A stretch of 64,000 nucleotides of DNA from Chlorokybus atmophyticus. Its lineage: Eukaryota; Plantae; Mesostigma and Chlorokybus algae. The stretch spans positions 70,328 to 134,327 of the forward strand of contig RHPI01002615.1 of the NCBI GenBank assembly GCA_009103225.1, in the 5' to 3' direction. The translations under genes were made by a program, and so were the position numbers. Below are positions 10,704 through 23,641 of the stretch, one piece after another. Position 1 is the stretch's first letter. Each line of letters opens with the position of its first letter. The notes under the pieces are model-generated. The model made no database searches. It saw only the letters and a program-made list of their open reading frames with translations, and was not told the origin of the DNA.

Positions 10704-13404
10704 TGCAAAATAGGAATCGGCACGGCTGCCCATAAACTGAGCGAGAAATTAGGGTATGGGCATCAATTTAGGGTTGCCAGCTTACAAACCCTAAATGGGT
10801 CACACTTCAAGTGAAGCACGATTGTACCATGGACGCTATTGCAGTACTATGCATGATACTACATCAACATGAATGGTACTCCCTCTGCTAATAGTACTAC
10901 AGTACAAGGATACCCGCATACTACCATAATCGAGAGTAATACTGTGCTGTCATTCCATAAAACCCAGAGCGCTGTCCGAGTTTGTTGCTGTCAACCACAC
11001 TCTGAACCAGCGAGGTATGCAAGCCATGCACTGACTCATGCGTCGGGCAGTCATCATACACATGTACAGCCAATGCTTCTGCCAACAGCAGATCTCGGGT
11101 GCACCATGCACCATGTTGCAACTATACATGTACCTACGTGGTTCACAGGAAGCCAACACAAAATTACATGACATGCAAAATTGTCATCAAGGCGGGGGCC
11201 AAATCACCGCCGACACGTTGGCGTCTTGCATTAGGCGTGGCGACTAAAACGGGTGCGCACTGAACGTCGGTGCGACTGTCATTAGGCAAGTCGCAACCCA
11301 TCGATAATGGCACTTATGAAGTGACCATTTCCGATGTTACTGGATCAAGTAACAGCAACCGCAGAATTCGTGTGCAAGGCAGGAACCCGGGTCCCGGGAT
11401 GACCAATGTCACAGCCCACTCGACCATGAAAACTAGCTGCTTTTGTAGTCGATTTGTAGTTAATTAACGTCCTTCCAGTAGCATAGTGCGTCACTCACCT
11501 CATGCAGGGGTAACAATTGGAGGCATTGACGAGACACTTACGATCGTGCAAACGTATGTGTCTCGATAGTCGTCTTATTGTCAAGTTCACTTGACTATAG
11601 CCCATTACCTTCAGATACCTTCAGTTGATAGTTAAATTTAACATTAACTGGAAAGAACTGAGTGAATGTTTATACCCCAACAACGAAGAAACTTCGGTGC
11701 GTCGTTCACCTCATGCAGAGATACAACCAGAAGGCATTATCGAGACTTGTGACTGCAAATTGCAAGTAACTAGACACTGCAGTGATTCTTAGATGCTGCA
11801 GTATAGTGGCTAAGTCAAGTGACAAACCAAGCTTGTAAGAGTTAATATGGCAAGACCAACACTGTGACATTTTTTCGGTTGCAATGTCCGCTTGCCACTC
11901 TTGCAATCTGTGTGCATGGCTTTGAGAGCGTGTGTGCCCATACGGCAAGCGGGATAAACACTAGGGAGTTAGCTTTGAGACATTTTTGAGTGTGCGCCCT
12001 ATGTGCTGCTGTCCCTTCGGTTCACATGATGTTCTGGAGCAGAGCGTTGCGAGGCACCGCCTTCGAAGCAGTCATGACGAGGACTCTCATTGCACCATAT
12101 GCACGTGCATCGATGCACATGTGAAGCGATGATCATGCGATCACCGCCCGTTGCATTTTTGTTTTTAGAGGAAGCAGCGGTAGTCTGGCACATTGTGTTA
12201 TGTGAGTAGTACGTGTGATGTGGTCAACATGTGTAATTTGCACACAAGCGGACGTCGATGACTACAGCTCTGTTTCGCAAAAATGGAGATGAAATCACCG
12301 CTGTCCGCTTGTATTCAACCTACACATGTTGACCACATCACACGTAATACTCAAAAGACACAAACCGGCCAAACTACCGCTGCTGCTGCTGCTTCTCATT
12401 GAGAGCGGGCGGGAGAGGCTTTCGCGACAGGCTAAATAAAGCAGCGGCCGGCGCTGAAGGTCAACCCAAAAACAACACAGCACACTGGTCAGTCTACAAG
12501 ACAGAACAACATGCGCCACTTGCCATATTATAACACTAATTCGAAGAGCAAACCACAACCACCCCTTGTGGTATCAACACAAGACACAAGTTGCTTACAA
12601 CAGGCATTTTGCCGTCTCCTGTCATGGCTCACCTGCAGGGTGGAGTTCTACACATCACACAATTTTGCATTTTACACCACCATGCGCAGAGCGGCTGCCC
12701 ACGCCAAGACGTCGTCGCGACCATGTCACGCTTACCAATGACTATCGGTATGATAGCGTGCAAGTCGCAATATGATGACAACCGCGATAGAAGCGCAGCC
12801 CTCTCCACGTCATTAATGCTGAGCGTGACAAACAATCCAGCAACAAGCCCCGGGAGGTTGGGCCCACCTCCACGCAGGCTATGCTTGCGAAGCCTTGCTT
12901 GCCAGCCCCGGTGGCTGTGCCTCTGTGTCTATGGCAGGCTATGAGCCACACGTGCAGTGGCGATAATGATTCTGATTGTTAAGTTATTTGATAATGGTCC
13001 ATTACCTTAACATTATTTTGATGAATGAAGCTGGTGAATGCTTCTACCATAACAAAGATTCCTGTAGAGCAAAAGACATGTTGTTCAATGGTGTGGATAT
13101 TATTGCGTGTAATTATGTTGTTACACATTGATATGTATATAGTGTTTCAACATGCTACTACAGCATGCAGCATACAGTGCATGCGTTGATTTGACCAAGT
13201 TAACGTCAAGGAATATGATCATGCTTGCATCCGACACTTTCGTGTCATTTGCTTCCTGCCTAATGTGTATATAGTTCATAAGTGCGTGATGTTGTGATCA
13301 TGATTCTCTATTGAGCCTATGGTTGTACATTTTCATGGTTAGCAACATCACCCATATTGGTTACTCACTCACCTAGTTGAAACAAGCAACTCTCCAGACT
13401 CAAT

Positions 13405-13587
13405 TGTGGACACATACTGCATTGTGCTTAACATTCAAGGGCTTGAATGTAGACCATAAAGGTACACGTGACTAGTTTGGTTTCACATCGGATTAAGTGT
13501 GGACACATACTGCATTTCGCTTAATTGCCAAGGGCTTGAATGTAGACAATAAAGGTACACACGTGACTAGTTTGTTTCACATCGGAT
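13405..13587. repeat. Two-unit tandem repeat, ~93-bp unit
   Basis: tgtggacacatactgcatt...agggcttgaatgtagac..taaaggtacac..gtgactagtttg.tttcacatcggat at 13405 and at 13498. Confidence 0.9.
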
Positions 13588-14129
13588 CGAATACACAGTA
13601 CGCGTGGCTCGAGTTACCTGCTCTGAGCTCACCATTGCAACAACCTCGCACCAACACCATACATAAACCCAAGTGCCAAGTGAAGGTAATTTTTCGATGA
13701 CAATCAACAACTTTGATTAAACAGCAAAGGTCCATGAACGCACGTGACGACAGTGGATATAAGACTGTCAGCAGTACCAGGGGGGGTAGGAAACAGAGTC
13801 GCTAATGGTGTATATCTGTACAGATAAGGATGCATATGCATGCAAGCAAAACCAACAATGTATATGTACAGGGAATGCAGCTTAAGCTGAAGCGATGCGC
13901 ACAGCCTCCAGCTGCATCTTTAAGTGTTGATGGCAACCAAATTTCACCACTAGACCAACGTATCATACAAGGTCTCACTTCTTCTGCTGGGAGTTATACC
14001 TGGAGCCAGAAGATGCATGTTGTTTTGTCGCACATTACTTCAGCTGACACTGAATAAGTGCGCTTGTTTAACAACCTGAAACATAACTTGCTCAACACGA
14101 CATGCTAGTAGTGGTCCATTAGGGTTAGC

Positions 14130-14830
14130 TTACCCATATTTGTTGCTCGAGATGGCTTTGTAAGAGGGGGGGTCATTAATGGACTGGCCGTTACCGTCGG
14201 AGTTGGACGAGTCGTAACTTCTCTTGTTGGACGCAACATCGTCAAAGTACTTCGCCTACATTGTATGTGTATGAGTGCAAGCCGAACATTGAGCAACTTG
14301 ACTACTACTTATCAACATGCAAGCGAATCTCACAAGTACGCTGACTTTCTCGCCGTAGCCGTTGTAATACTGCCCGTCATTGGACGTCCAGTTCTTCCCC
14401 GTAGCTGTAGTCACCCATCCTGACTGTCCAGCTTCACCAGCCTCAACACAACGACGGCGACGACGACACCCGCAGCGACGGCGACAAGCAGCAAAGCGAC
14501 TGCATTGTTTTGCATGCACACATATTTAGTGCGTGCAGATAACGTCACCCTGCACCGCAGCCAAAGTAACGTGCTGGTCTGCAGTTTTCGGTATTCATTG
14601 CTGGGCACCTAACGTACACACTTCAACTTGCCTGCACGTTATGGTCTGGCAGGCCGCCTGTCACTGGTCCCTAGCCGAGACCAGAACATTGCCAGTCCTG
14701 AGTCAGAGAACGTTGAGTTTGGGACCAGGCGCCCTGGCGCCAGTGATGGCGGCGGCGGGATCGTTGGCGCCGTTGCTGGGCAGGTGAGGTCAACTGGTCA
14801 CTGTGATTGCTTGTCGTAGAATAGCTCGGA
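14130..14830 (-). CDS. Hypothetical intron-containing gene divergent from the METTL21-like gene; 5' end uncertain
   Basis: In-frame spliced exons GEAGQSGWVTTATGKNWTSNDGQYYNGYGEK | gtcag..tag | AKYFDDVASNKRSYDSSNSDGNGQSINDPPSYKAISSNKYG*. Confidence 0.35.
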
Positions 14831-14972
14831 CCGCACGCTGACTTGCTGCACTGTGCTGGCCGTTGCCTGTACTACATGTATTGTGCATTGCAGCTTGTGT
14901 GCTGTGTAATGTGCTGGCTGTTCTCTTGCTTGGCTGCTCGCATGACATTGTGCTCTGCATGTATTATATATC

Positions 14973-17133
14973 ATGTGGTACAGCGCATCCAAGCTGGAGT
15001 TGAGGCTGGCGTCCAGTCTCAGCCGAGGCGGCGGGGCCGCCAGGCTGCGAGCTGCATTGTGGCAAGCGCAGAGGCAAGCTTACAGGAGAATACGCAGCAA
15101 CAACGCCGACGCAGGTCCATGTCGTAAGACCAGCACTGGCCGTCTGACAGCTGTCCAGTCAGCTGCTTCGTCTTCATCGTCACCAACGCCGCCGCCTCGA
15201 AGCACGGACTTCCTGCACACAAACAGCCAAAATCCACCACTGCAACCAGTGCAGCAAACGGTATGGGCATTGCGATGTGCAATGCACTATTGCTTGCATG
15301 TCGCTTGCGTTTGCGTTAGCTGAACGCCACACGGTCGCTGCAACAGGTTTTAGTTGGTGGGAGGGAAGTCAAATTGGTGCGCCCTAGCAATGTCGAGGAC
15401 GTTCTGGACCTATACATGTCGCAAGGTGGGTCGCTGCATGATCACTATCTTCACGGTACAACACATATCATTGCGCGCTCTCCAACACGCGCACGCACAG
15501 GCATAGGCGGTTGCATGCAAGCACACATAAGCTCACGCACACACATGCCCATGCCCGCGCATGTGCTTGTGTGCTCGCGCAATTGGTGCATGTTGCATTG
15601 TTGTCGCCAATGTCAATCCAAGTGTTTGCCTCAGAAGGTGCTGTTGCATCCATGCTGTGTGTGCAACAGGTACCTTCAGTGGAGATCCTTACTGGTAAGC
15701 TCGATAGAGAGTTTCTCAGGAGGTGGCGTCTTGTGCTCTGAAGTTCGCATGCGATAGCATACGTCAGCCACAGCGGGATTGACAATGATGTTGTCCAACA
15801 CTGTCTCAGGTGCACGCCGTGGCCATCAGCAGTTGCACTAGCAGAAAGAGTACGCATCTTATGCTTGTGTCGGCTGTGTACCGTCAGCACGACAAGAGGG
15901 GCTTCAGTTTGGATTGACTGAGTTGACACTAGTATGCTTGCAAACCATCCATAGGTTCTGGAAGCTCCAGATCTGGTCCGAGGCCGAACAGTATGCGACC
16001 TAGGAGCAGGGCTAGGTATGAGAGCAAAAAATCCCATATTGCAACAACATACATGCATGCATGGATGCTTGCACATATGCATGTGAGTACACGCACTGTG
16101 GGCGTCCGCATGCAAGTGCGCGCGCATGTGGCGGTGTATGGGTGGTTCAACACTGGTTCCTGCGTTGCAGGGTTGTCGGGGCTTGCTGCAGCACTGGCTG
16201 GTGCCAAAGAGGTAAGCACATACCAACACTCAGGGAGTTCATGGAAAGGCAGTTTACTTGTTTCAACAACATTGTCCAATCAGGTGGTTCAGATGGACAA
16301 GGAGCGTTTAGCTTTGTACTATGCAATGCACTCTGCAGCTGCAAATGAGATGCCGCAAGGAACAACAATTCGACAGGAGCTGTTTGACTTCAACCAGCCA
16401 GCCGGTGCATGGAGTAAATACTTTGATGTGGTAAGCAATGCACACATCACATTTTTTGCCAAGCTGGCTGGTAGCCTGAAGTTCTGATCATGTCAGGTGT
16501 TTGCGTGTGATGTGCTGTATGAGCTCGCAACGGTGCAACCGCTCGCAACCATTGTGCCCCAGCTTCTCAAGCCCAAGTATGCAATTGAAATTGAAAATCT
16601 TTTTGCCACCGCTCAGCTTTGCATGAGTCTTACTGCAAGTTTTTACCATGTGAGTGTGTACTTGTTTCTATGCTGCATGTGTGTTGTCAACTCTCTTTCT
16701 TCATGTCTTCTCGCAGTGGGGTTTTTGTCCTCGCGGATCCACCCAACAGAGTCCCGGAAAACCGCAAAGAGTTTGTCAAGCTTATGACACATGCATTGCC
16801 CCAGAAGGTCAGCGACACTTTCGCAGCTTGCCGGCGGCTCTGATGGTTGTTGTTTTGGTTGTATGTGGTCATTGTGGTGATGGGTATGCACACCAGGCTG
16901 GTGGTTGCGATCAGGGCATGATTGCTTGGCTATGCTCAAAGTTTGGCACATTGTCCCAACATCCTGAAAAAGCATTAGTGCACAGTGCATGGCTGTGTTG
17001 ACTAACACAGGGTGTGCAGGTTGTGTTGGAAAGCGATGTTGAGCGGCCCGTGGAGTTGGAGGATCGGCAGTATCACATCTGCATAATGCAGTTCTCGTGT
17101 TACAGCAGTGCAAGTGCTGTCGGAGAGTTGTAG
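14973..17133 (+). CDS. SAM-dependent protein-lysine methyltransferase, METTL21/Methyltransf_16 family, with transit-like N-terminus (multi-exon)
   Basis: Spliced motifs GDPYW-CTPWPSAVALAE, VRGRTVCDLGAGLGLSGLAAALAGA, FDVVFACDVLYE, GVFVLADP. Includes a ~25-nt micro-exon near 15670-15694. Stop TAG at 17131-17133. Confidence 0.8.
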
Positions 17134-17528
17134 TTGATCACGCATGCTTACCAAGTGTTGGGTTGGTATGCTATGATCTAGTGTATCTCACTGCCAGAAT
17201 CAGCATACAGTTGCATATCAGGGCTAGCATTGCTTTGTTTGCTTTTCATGTTTGCATATTGACAAAAGTCTCATCGTAAGCGAAGCATTGTACAACCTTT
17301 CCTGTCAACCTGCGCTGAACGTTGCTGAAGTGTATCAGTTGCATCCAGCATTGTATGGTACATAACAAATGAGTACTATCGCGCTCGCAATGACGTCGTT
17401 ACATAGAGACCTGTGTAGCACTGGTGAGTAGTATGGGCGACAGAAGGCTGCAGACATGCTATGGCATTTGGCTCAACCATTCAGTTACAAGTCATGCAAT
17501 AAAGAAGACAAGGAGGTGCCGAAAGTAC

Positions 17529-17531
<3 letters not shown>

Positions 17532-17570
<39 letters not shown>
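17532..17570. repeat. (CAA)n microsatellite
   Basis: About 13 perfect CAA units. Confidence 0.95.
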
Positions 17571-18689
17571 AAGCAACGACATAAAGAACACGCATGAGAC
17601 CAGTCGCATGCAACCTGTACAAGCAGGCTGCACCAACCTGGCAACTCAGCAACTGAGCAACCAGGTATGTTCTCGTGCTATGCATTCTGCTAGGTCACCA
17701 TCAGCCTGCACATGTGACTTACACGCACGTGCGCCCATGCCCACGTCCGCACGCACTGGTTCACACAGTCACACGTGCACGCATGAACAGCAACCTGATA
17801 GCTGGCAACTGAGCAACGGGCTCATGCATCCTGCAACACTACCATCACCCTGCACACAGTCAGTATGTAGACAAACGCGAACACGCACACGGATTGTTCC
17901 ACGTGCAAGCGGACATGCACATGCATCAAGCTGCAGAGCGCACAAATGACACATGCACACGCACACGTACGGACGCACGCACGCACCAGCAATACAACCA
18001 TAGTCATGAATAACGCAAAGGTTTTGGGGGCCCGCGTCAACATGGACAACTTAACCTTTAGACGCTAACGAGTGCATATGCACATGCACATGCATACGCG
18101 CACACACGCGCACAAGCGTCAGCCGCCACCGCGCAAACAACATCAACAATGCACACGCACTTTAAAGGCCTCGTTGCCAACATCACATGGTTACTTTCAG
18201 GCTTGCTCTACATGAAACAGCAGGCGTGTTTTGCAAAGCTACCCGCTCATGCATATACCAGTCACTCGGCAAGCAAGCAAGCCAGCGACCAGACAAAGCC
18301 AAGTTTGCTCCAGCCAACTAATGCATACACAAGCACACAACACAGTCGCGCTCATCGTGAGAAGTGAGCGACAGAAGTGAGCGACATGTGCAAATCGTTC
18401 GCTATACTAGACACCAAATGTTCTCGCAAGACTATTTCTACTCATTACTCATTCAGCTTACTCAGAACGCTGCTCCACGTTCTCAAGGCCCAGAGCGCCC
18501 AACAACAACGCCCACACCCACGACCACAACCACGACCACGACGATAACCGTGACGATGAGTACACCGCTGCCCCCCAGCCAGCAACAGAAGTATCATCAC
18601 CATCAACACAGCCAACACCACCAACACCAAGCAGGGTGCCTAGCAATGCATGCTGGCCACAACCTGGTGCTGCTTACGTGTGGGTGGAC

Positions 18690-20578
18690 ATGGTGGCGGC
18701 GGCGGCAGCAGCGGCGGCGGGTGTCGTGGCGCTTCGCGCCGGGAGCCGTGCGTGGCAGCAGGGCGTAGCTTCCGCCGGGGTACCAGGCGGCAGCGGGCGG
18801 GGGCTGCAGGCGGCGGAGGCGGGCTTGCAGTTGCTTCGGCAGGGCTTCAGCAGCAACACCAGCACTAGGCCCGCAGTTGCTGCAGTAGGCTTCTGCCTTA
18901 CCGGTCCGCACAGAAGCACCAGGCCACGAAACCAGCGCATGGCTCCTGCATTCTGCACCGCCGCCGCAGCTGACAGCGGCGCCACCACCGCTGCGCCCGC
19001 CGCCGAAGGTGCTGCCCTGTCCTGTCCTGGCCCGGCCTAGTCTGGTGTTAGCGAAGCTCAAGCATGCTTGCACTTACCGCATTGCCACAACTGCACGCAT
19101 TGTGGTTGGGTTGAACAGTGCATAACCAGCATGCATTCTCCCCCAACAGTGAGACGAAGTACCCTTTCATTGGAAGCAAATGCTGAGGAATGCAGCCTTG
19201 CAGTGCCAAGAGAGCTGAGCGCTTGTTCATCAATGCAATTTGCAGTGATTGTGGCCGTTGTTGTTGTTGCAGTCAATTGGTGTGGGACTGATCTCACACA
19301 TGCACGGCCCAACTGCAATGCTTGAAAGCGCAGTGTTTGGGTTGCTACGACATCCTATGCATGCACACCTGTGTTCCGCATTGTATGTACACAACTGACT
19401 AAGCAACACACTGTGCTTTCAGCTGCTGGTCAAGCATCCGATGCCAACATTGGAGCGCTGGACATAAGGGTTGGACGCATCATCAAGGCATGGAAGCACC
19501 CAGACGCCGACGGGTAAGCAGCAGTTCCACAAGTTGTTGTGGTTGAGAGTCAGTTGAGTGATTAGTAAAGTAATCATGCTTGTTTTGTGAATAGACTGTA
19601 TGTTGAAGAGGTTGAGGTGGGCGAGGACGAGCCCAGGACCATTGTCAGCGGCCTTGTGAAGTATGTCCCAGTAGAAGAAATGCAGGTAAAGTTGTGTACA
19701 TCGGTACCAAGCTTCTCAGAACCAGACATGCTCATGAGTGCACAACATTCACGCGCATATGTGTACATGCACGCGCGTATGTGTACATGGATGCAAGCAC
19801 ATACGCGTGCGTGCACGCAAACACAACGGGACTTCACACATGCGCCCGTGTGCTTATGCTGACACGCACACACGCGCACGCGAGTTGCTTCGCACACAAT
19901 GCGTGGATATTGGCACATATGCATTGGTGTGATGGACTGAGGACTACATACACACAAGTATCATCATATTGCTCGAGTATATCCTAATGTTGTCCATCAC
20001 AGGACCGCAAGGTTGTCGTGCTGTGCAACCTGAAGCCGCGCAATATGCGAGGCGTGAAGTCGAATGGGATGCTGATGGCCGCGTCGGACGCGGCGCACGA
20101 GAATGTGGAGCTGCTTAACCCACCCGCGGACGCGCCCGTCGGCGAGAGGATAGGCTTCGGAGACCAGGCGCTGGAAGCAGCCTGGCCGCCCAACAAGGTG
20201 CAGAAACAGAAGGCGTGGGAAAAAGTGCAGCCGGTAAGCTGTCGGCTGGTGTGTGTACGTGCGTGCCCGTGCGTGTGTGCATGTTCATGTTGTGCATGCT
20301 TGCGATGAGTGTGTAACCCTCTGTGTGCGAGTGTGTACATGGGTGCATGTGCGTGTTTGTTGCTGTGTGGAAGCGCTGCGTGCCACAGCGGGACACTTGA
20401 TGCATGATGAGGTTCAGCTCCTGTTACTACTAGCAAATGTACTTACACGCTGTCATCCTTTCCTGCTCAGGAGCTGAGGACCTCTGCGGACAAAGTGGCG
20501 TTTTTCAAGGACTTGCCATTCACGACATCCGCGGGGCCAGTCACTGTGACTCGCATTGCGGACGGAAATATCTCGTAG
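18690..20578 (+). CDS. tRNA-binding OB-fold protein (Arc1p/EMAP-II/MetRS C-terminal-like) with organellar transit peptide (multi-exon)
   Basis: [18 protein letters not shown] | [25 protein letters not shown] | [25 protein letters not shown]...[16 protein letters not shown] | ...IADGNIS*. Confidence 0.9.
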
Positions 20579-21385
20579 TTTTGTGCTCGCAACACACCAT
20601 TCATCGTTGCTTAGTACCATTCTGTTTTTGACAGCAAACTCACCGCTTACAGAGTTCTGTTAGCCTGGCGCGAATGGATTTTGTTATCTGTTTATCCAAG
20701 ACTTGCAAACATTGCTGCGGTTCTGTGCGTGAAAATTTTAGCAAACGTCCAGCTGGCAGCAAGTGTCATCAGTGCATCTCTGCTGGATATGTGTAACACA
20801 CAAGCACAAGACCACTTGCAGAACTCCTGTTTGCAGAGAGGTCGCTGGCCTTGCAGATTGCTCACACACAAGGCAATGTATGGAATGTTTGATCGGTAAC
20901 ATGCAGTGGATGGCATGCATGCCCGCCGCCAGTGTGACTGACAGACGCCAGCTGAGGTGTCACAAGGCCAAACACTTAGCCAGATTAGCCTGGCTGAAAG
21001 GCCATGACTTAGGCGAAGCACCACGAGTATGCTTGCATGTGCGTGTATGTGCATGATATGCATGCAGCGTGTTCACTCGCCATGTGTCTCGCAGATAAAC
21101 GCATTGTGACTGCAAACTTTTATCTTAAAAACCCACACAACAGCCTCTCCCCTCTCTCTTCCTCTCTCGGCCGCTGACTCCAGCTCAGTCGAGTCTGTCA
21201 ATTGGATGGCGTGCGTTACCGCGGCAACACCGCTAACATAACGTGTTTTCATGATCTGAATGGGCATTCACTAACGTATACTTTATCAAGAGCTGCATGG
21301 CTGGCTAACGCACGTGTGCGTTTTGTAGTGAATTGTTTTGCAGTTGTGCACATTAGCGGCGGCAGCATTGCCGGCGTTGGCGTCC

Positions 21386-23641
21386 ATGGCGGCGGCAGTG
21401 GCGTCGTCCATAGCGACGTTGCAATGCACGCCTGTCATCGGACGCGTTCTGGCAACACCAAAGACGGGGAGGAGCGCCTTGCCTCTGAGCAGAAGCACAG
21501 CTGCAGGCCATGCCAGGCGGCACCGCTCGTCCACCGCCGCCGCCGCTAGGCCTGTGAGGGCTGTGCTGGCGCCGGACGCCCCCTCCTCCTCCCCCTCCTC
21601 CTCTTCTTCCTCGACGATAACCAGGAGGAGAGCGTCAGCCCTGGACGGCCCTCACGAGGTGAGGCACGACTGGACCCGGGAGGAGGTGGCGCAGGTGTAC
21701 TGGACTCCCATGATGGATCTACTGTACGCTGGAGCCACCGCACACAGACAGCACTTCAACCCTCGTGAGGTCAGTTTAGTCTGTTTCAACACATACACAT
21801 GACAGCTGGTTGGTGTTTTTCGCCCTTTGAGGCAGGCAGAGTGTGGTGTGATTGTAGTATGGCTGCTCGCATGAAATATCACATTTACAAGCAGCCAAGT
21901 TGGCCAATTCGCACACAGCATGTGCTAAGAATTCACTTTGCATGCAGGTGCAACAATGCACGCTGCTTAGCATCAAGACCGGCGGCTGCCCGGAGACATG
22001 CTCATACTGCTCGCAGTCGTCACATTACGAGACGAGCGTGAAGGTCTGTGAAACCCAACAGGACTCCTCACTAACTTACGTTCCAGTGGGTGCATTGTGT
22101 GTGGTTACTGTACGTGATGCACATATGCACCGCAGGCGGAGCCGCTGATGAAGGTGGAGGAAGTGTTGGAGAACGCGAGGAAGGCGAAAGAGGCGGGATC
22201 CACGCGCTTCTGCATGGGCGCTGCGTGGCGAGAGGTTTCGCAGGTGAACGAGGACATCATGTCAAGTGTTTTCCACTCACATGCACATGCGCACACGCAT
22301 GTACACACATGCACGCGTGCGCATGTAGCATGCACATATGCATACACACAGATGTGTATGCATGCACGCAACACGCAGTCAATGTGGTGGGTATGCAGGT
22401 TTCAGACGCGCAGTTTGATCGCGTCCTGGCGATGGTTTCTGGCGTGCGGGATGTGGGCTTGGAAGTGTGCGCTACGCTTGGCATGCTCACTCCAACACAG
22501 GTGCGTTGAAAAACATCACAATTCAAGGTGATGCAACACTCTAATAACAATGCAGTGCGACCTTGGTGTGCTAAAGTGTATTGTCAACAAGTCATGGTAT
22601 ATCGTCAAATTACACCATCGCTGAGTGAACAGTGAACGAGTAGTAAATGAGTAGTGTATGCACCGTAGACCGTAGACTTTGCACTGTGCAGATGGTGTGA
22701 GGTTGGTCAGGCATGCTGTCTGCATTACAGGCTGTAGCACACTTGTTGTGTATGATAATTGATCAGCACTTAGGATTAGTGCATCTACAGCCAACTTGTT
22801 GTTCATGCAGGCAGAGCGGTTGAAAGAGGCGGGTTTGACTGCATACAACCACAACTTGGACACGTCTCGCGAGTTCTACCCCGAGGTGGTGTCTTCTCGT
22901 ACCTACGAGGACCGTCTCACCACGCTCGCTGCGGTGCGCGGTGCGGGCATATCTGTGTGTTGCGGGGGTATACTCGGGTTGGGTGAGTCTCACGAGGACC
23001 GCGTTGGACTCCTCCACACGCTCGCCACGCTGCCCGCACACCCGGAGTCCGTCCCCGTCAACGCACTCGTGCCCAACCCGGGAACGCCGCTCGAGGATGT
23101 GCAGCCGCTACCTGTTTTTGATCTCATACGCATGATCGCCACAGCACGGATTCTCATGCCCAAGTCAATGGTCCGACTCAGCGCCGGACGGGTAAGCGTG
23201 CACACATGGCTGGCGAAGTCTACTCATACCCCTAAAATTTTATGTATGTTTTGCATCCAGTTGATTGCAGTTAAGTGCACATATTGTGTGCACATGCGTG
23301 TGTGCGTGCATGCGCACATGCACACGCAGACACCCGCCTGCAGGCGTATGTGTGGCCACTCGTTTGCCCAGCACGCAGTGACTGCTCATAGCTGACATGT
23401 TGAGTGGTGTTGGCAGCTGTCGCTGACAGTGGCAGAGCAAGCGCTGTGCTTCTTCACTGGCGCCAACTCTATATTCACCGGCGACAAGCTGCTGACCACT
23501 CCCAACCCCGCATTCAACGAAGATGCGGCAATGTTCGAGCTGTTGGGACTTTCCGGCAAAGCACCCTTCTTTTATGAGACAGAATACGACAAGGATGCAG
23601 CACAAGCCCCAGCGGCCAATGGCTGCGGACCCAAGTGCTAG
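21386..23641 (+). CDS. BIO2: Biotin synthase (radical SAM), multi-exon
   Basis: [29 protein letters not shown] (CxxxCxxC), [76 protein letters not shown]. Confidence 0.97.

Noticed and set aside
10758-10795. TTTAGGGTT...AACCCTAAA telomere-like inverted motif
   Set aside because: Single units only. This is telobox-like or chance, not a telomeric array.
15374-15757. BRCT-like GTTHIIA in an ORF
   Set aside because: It lies after the GTGGGT donor at ~15427, inside an intron of the METTL21-like gene.
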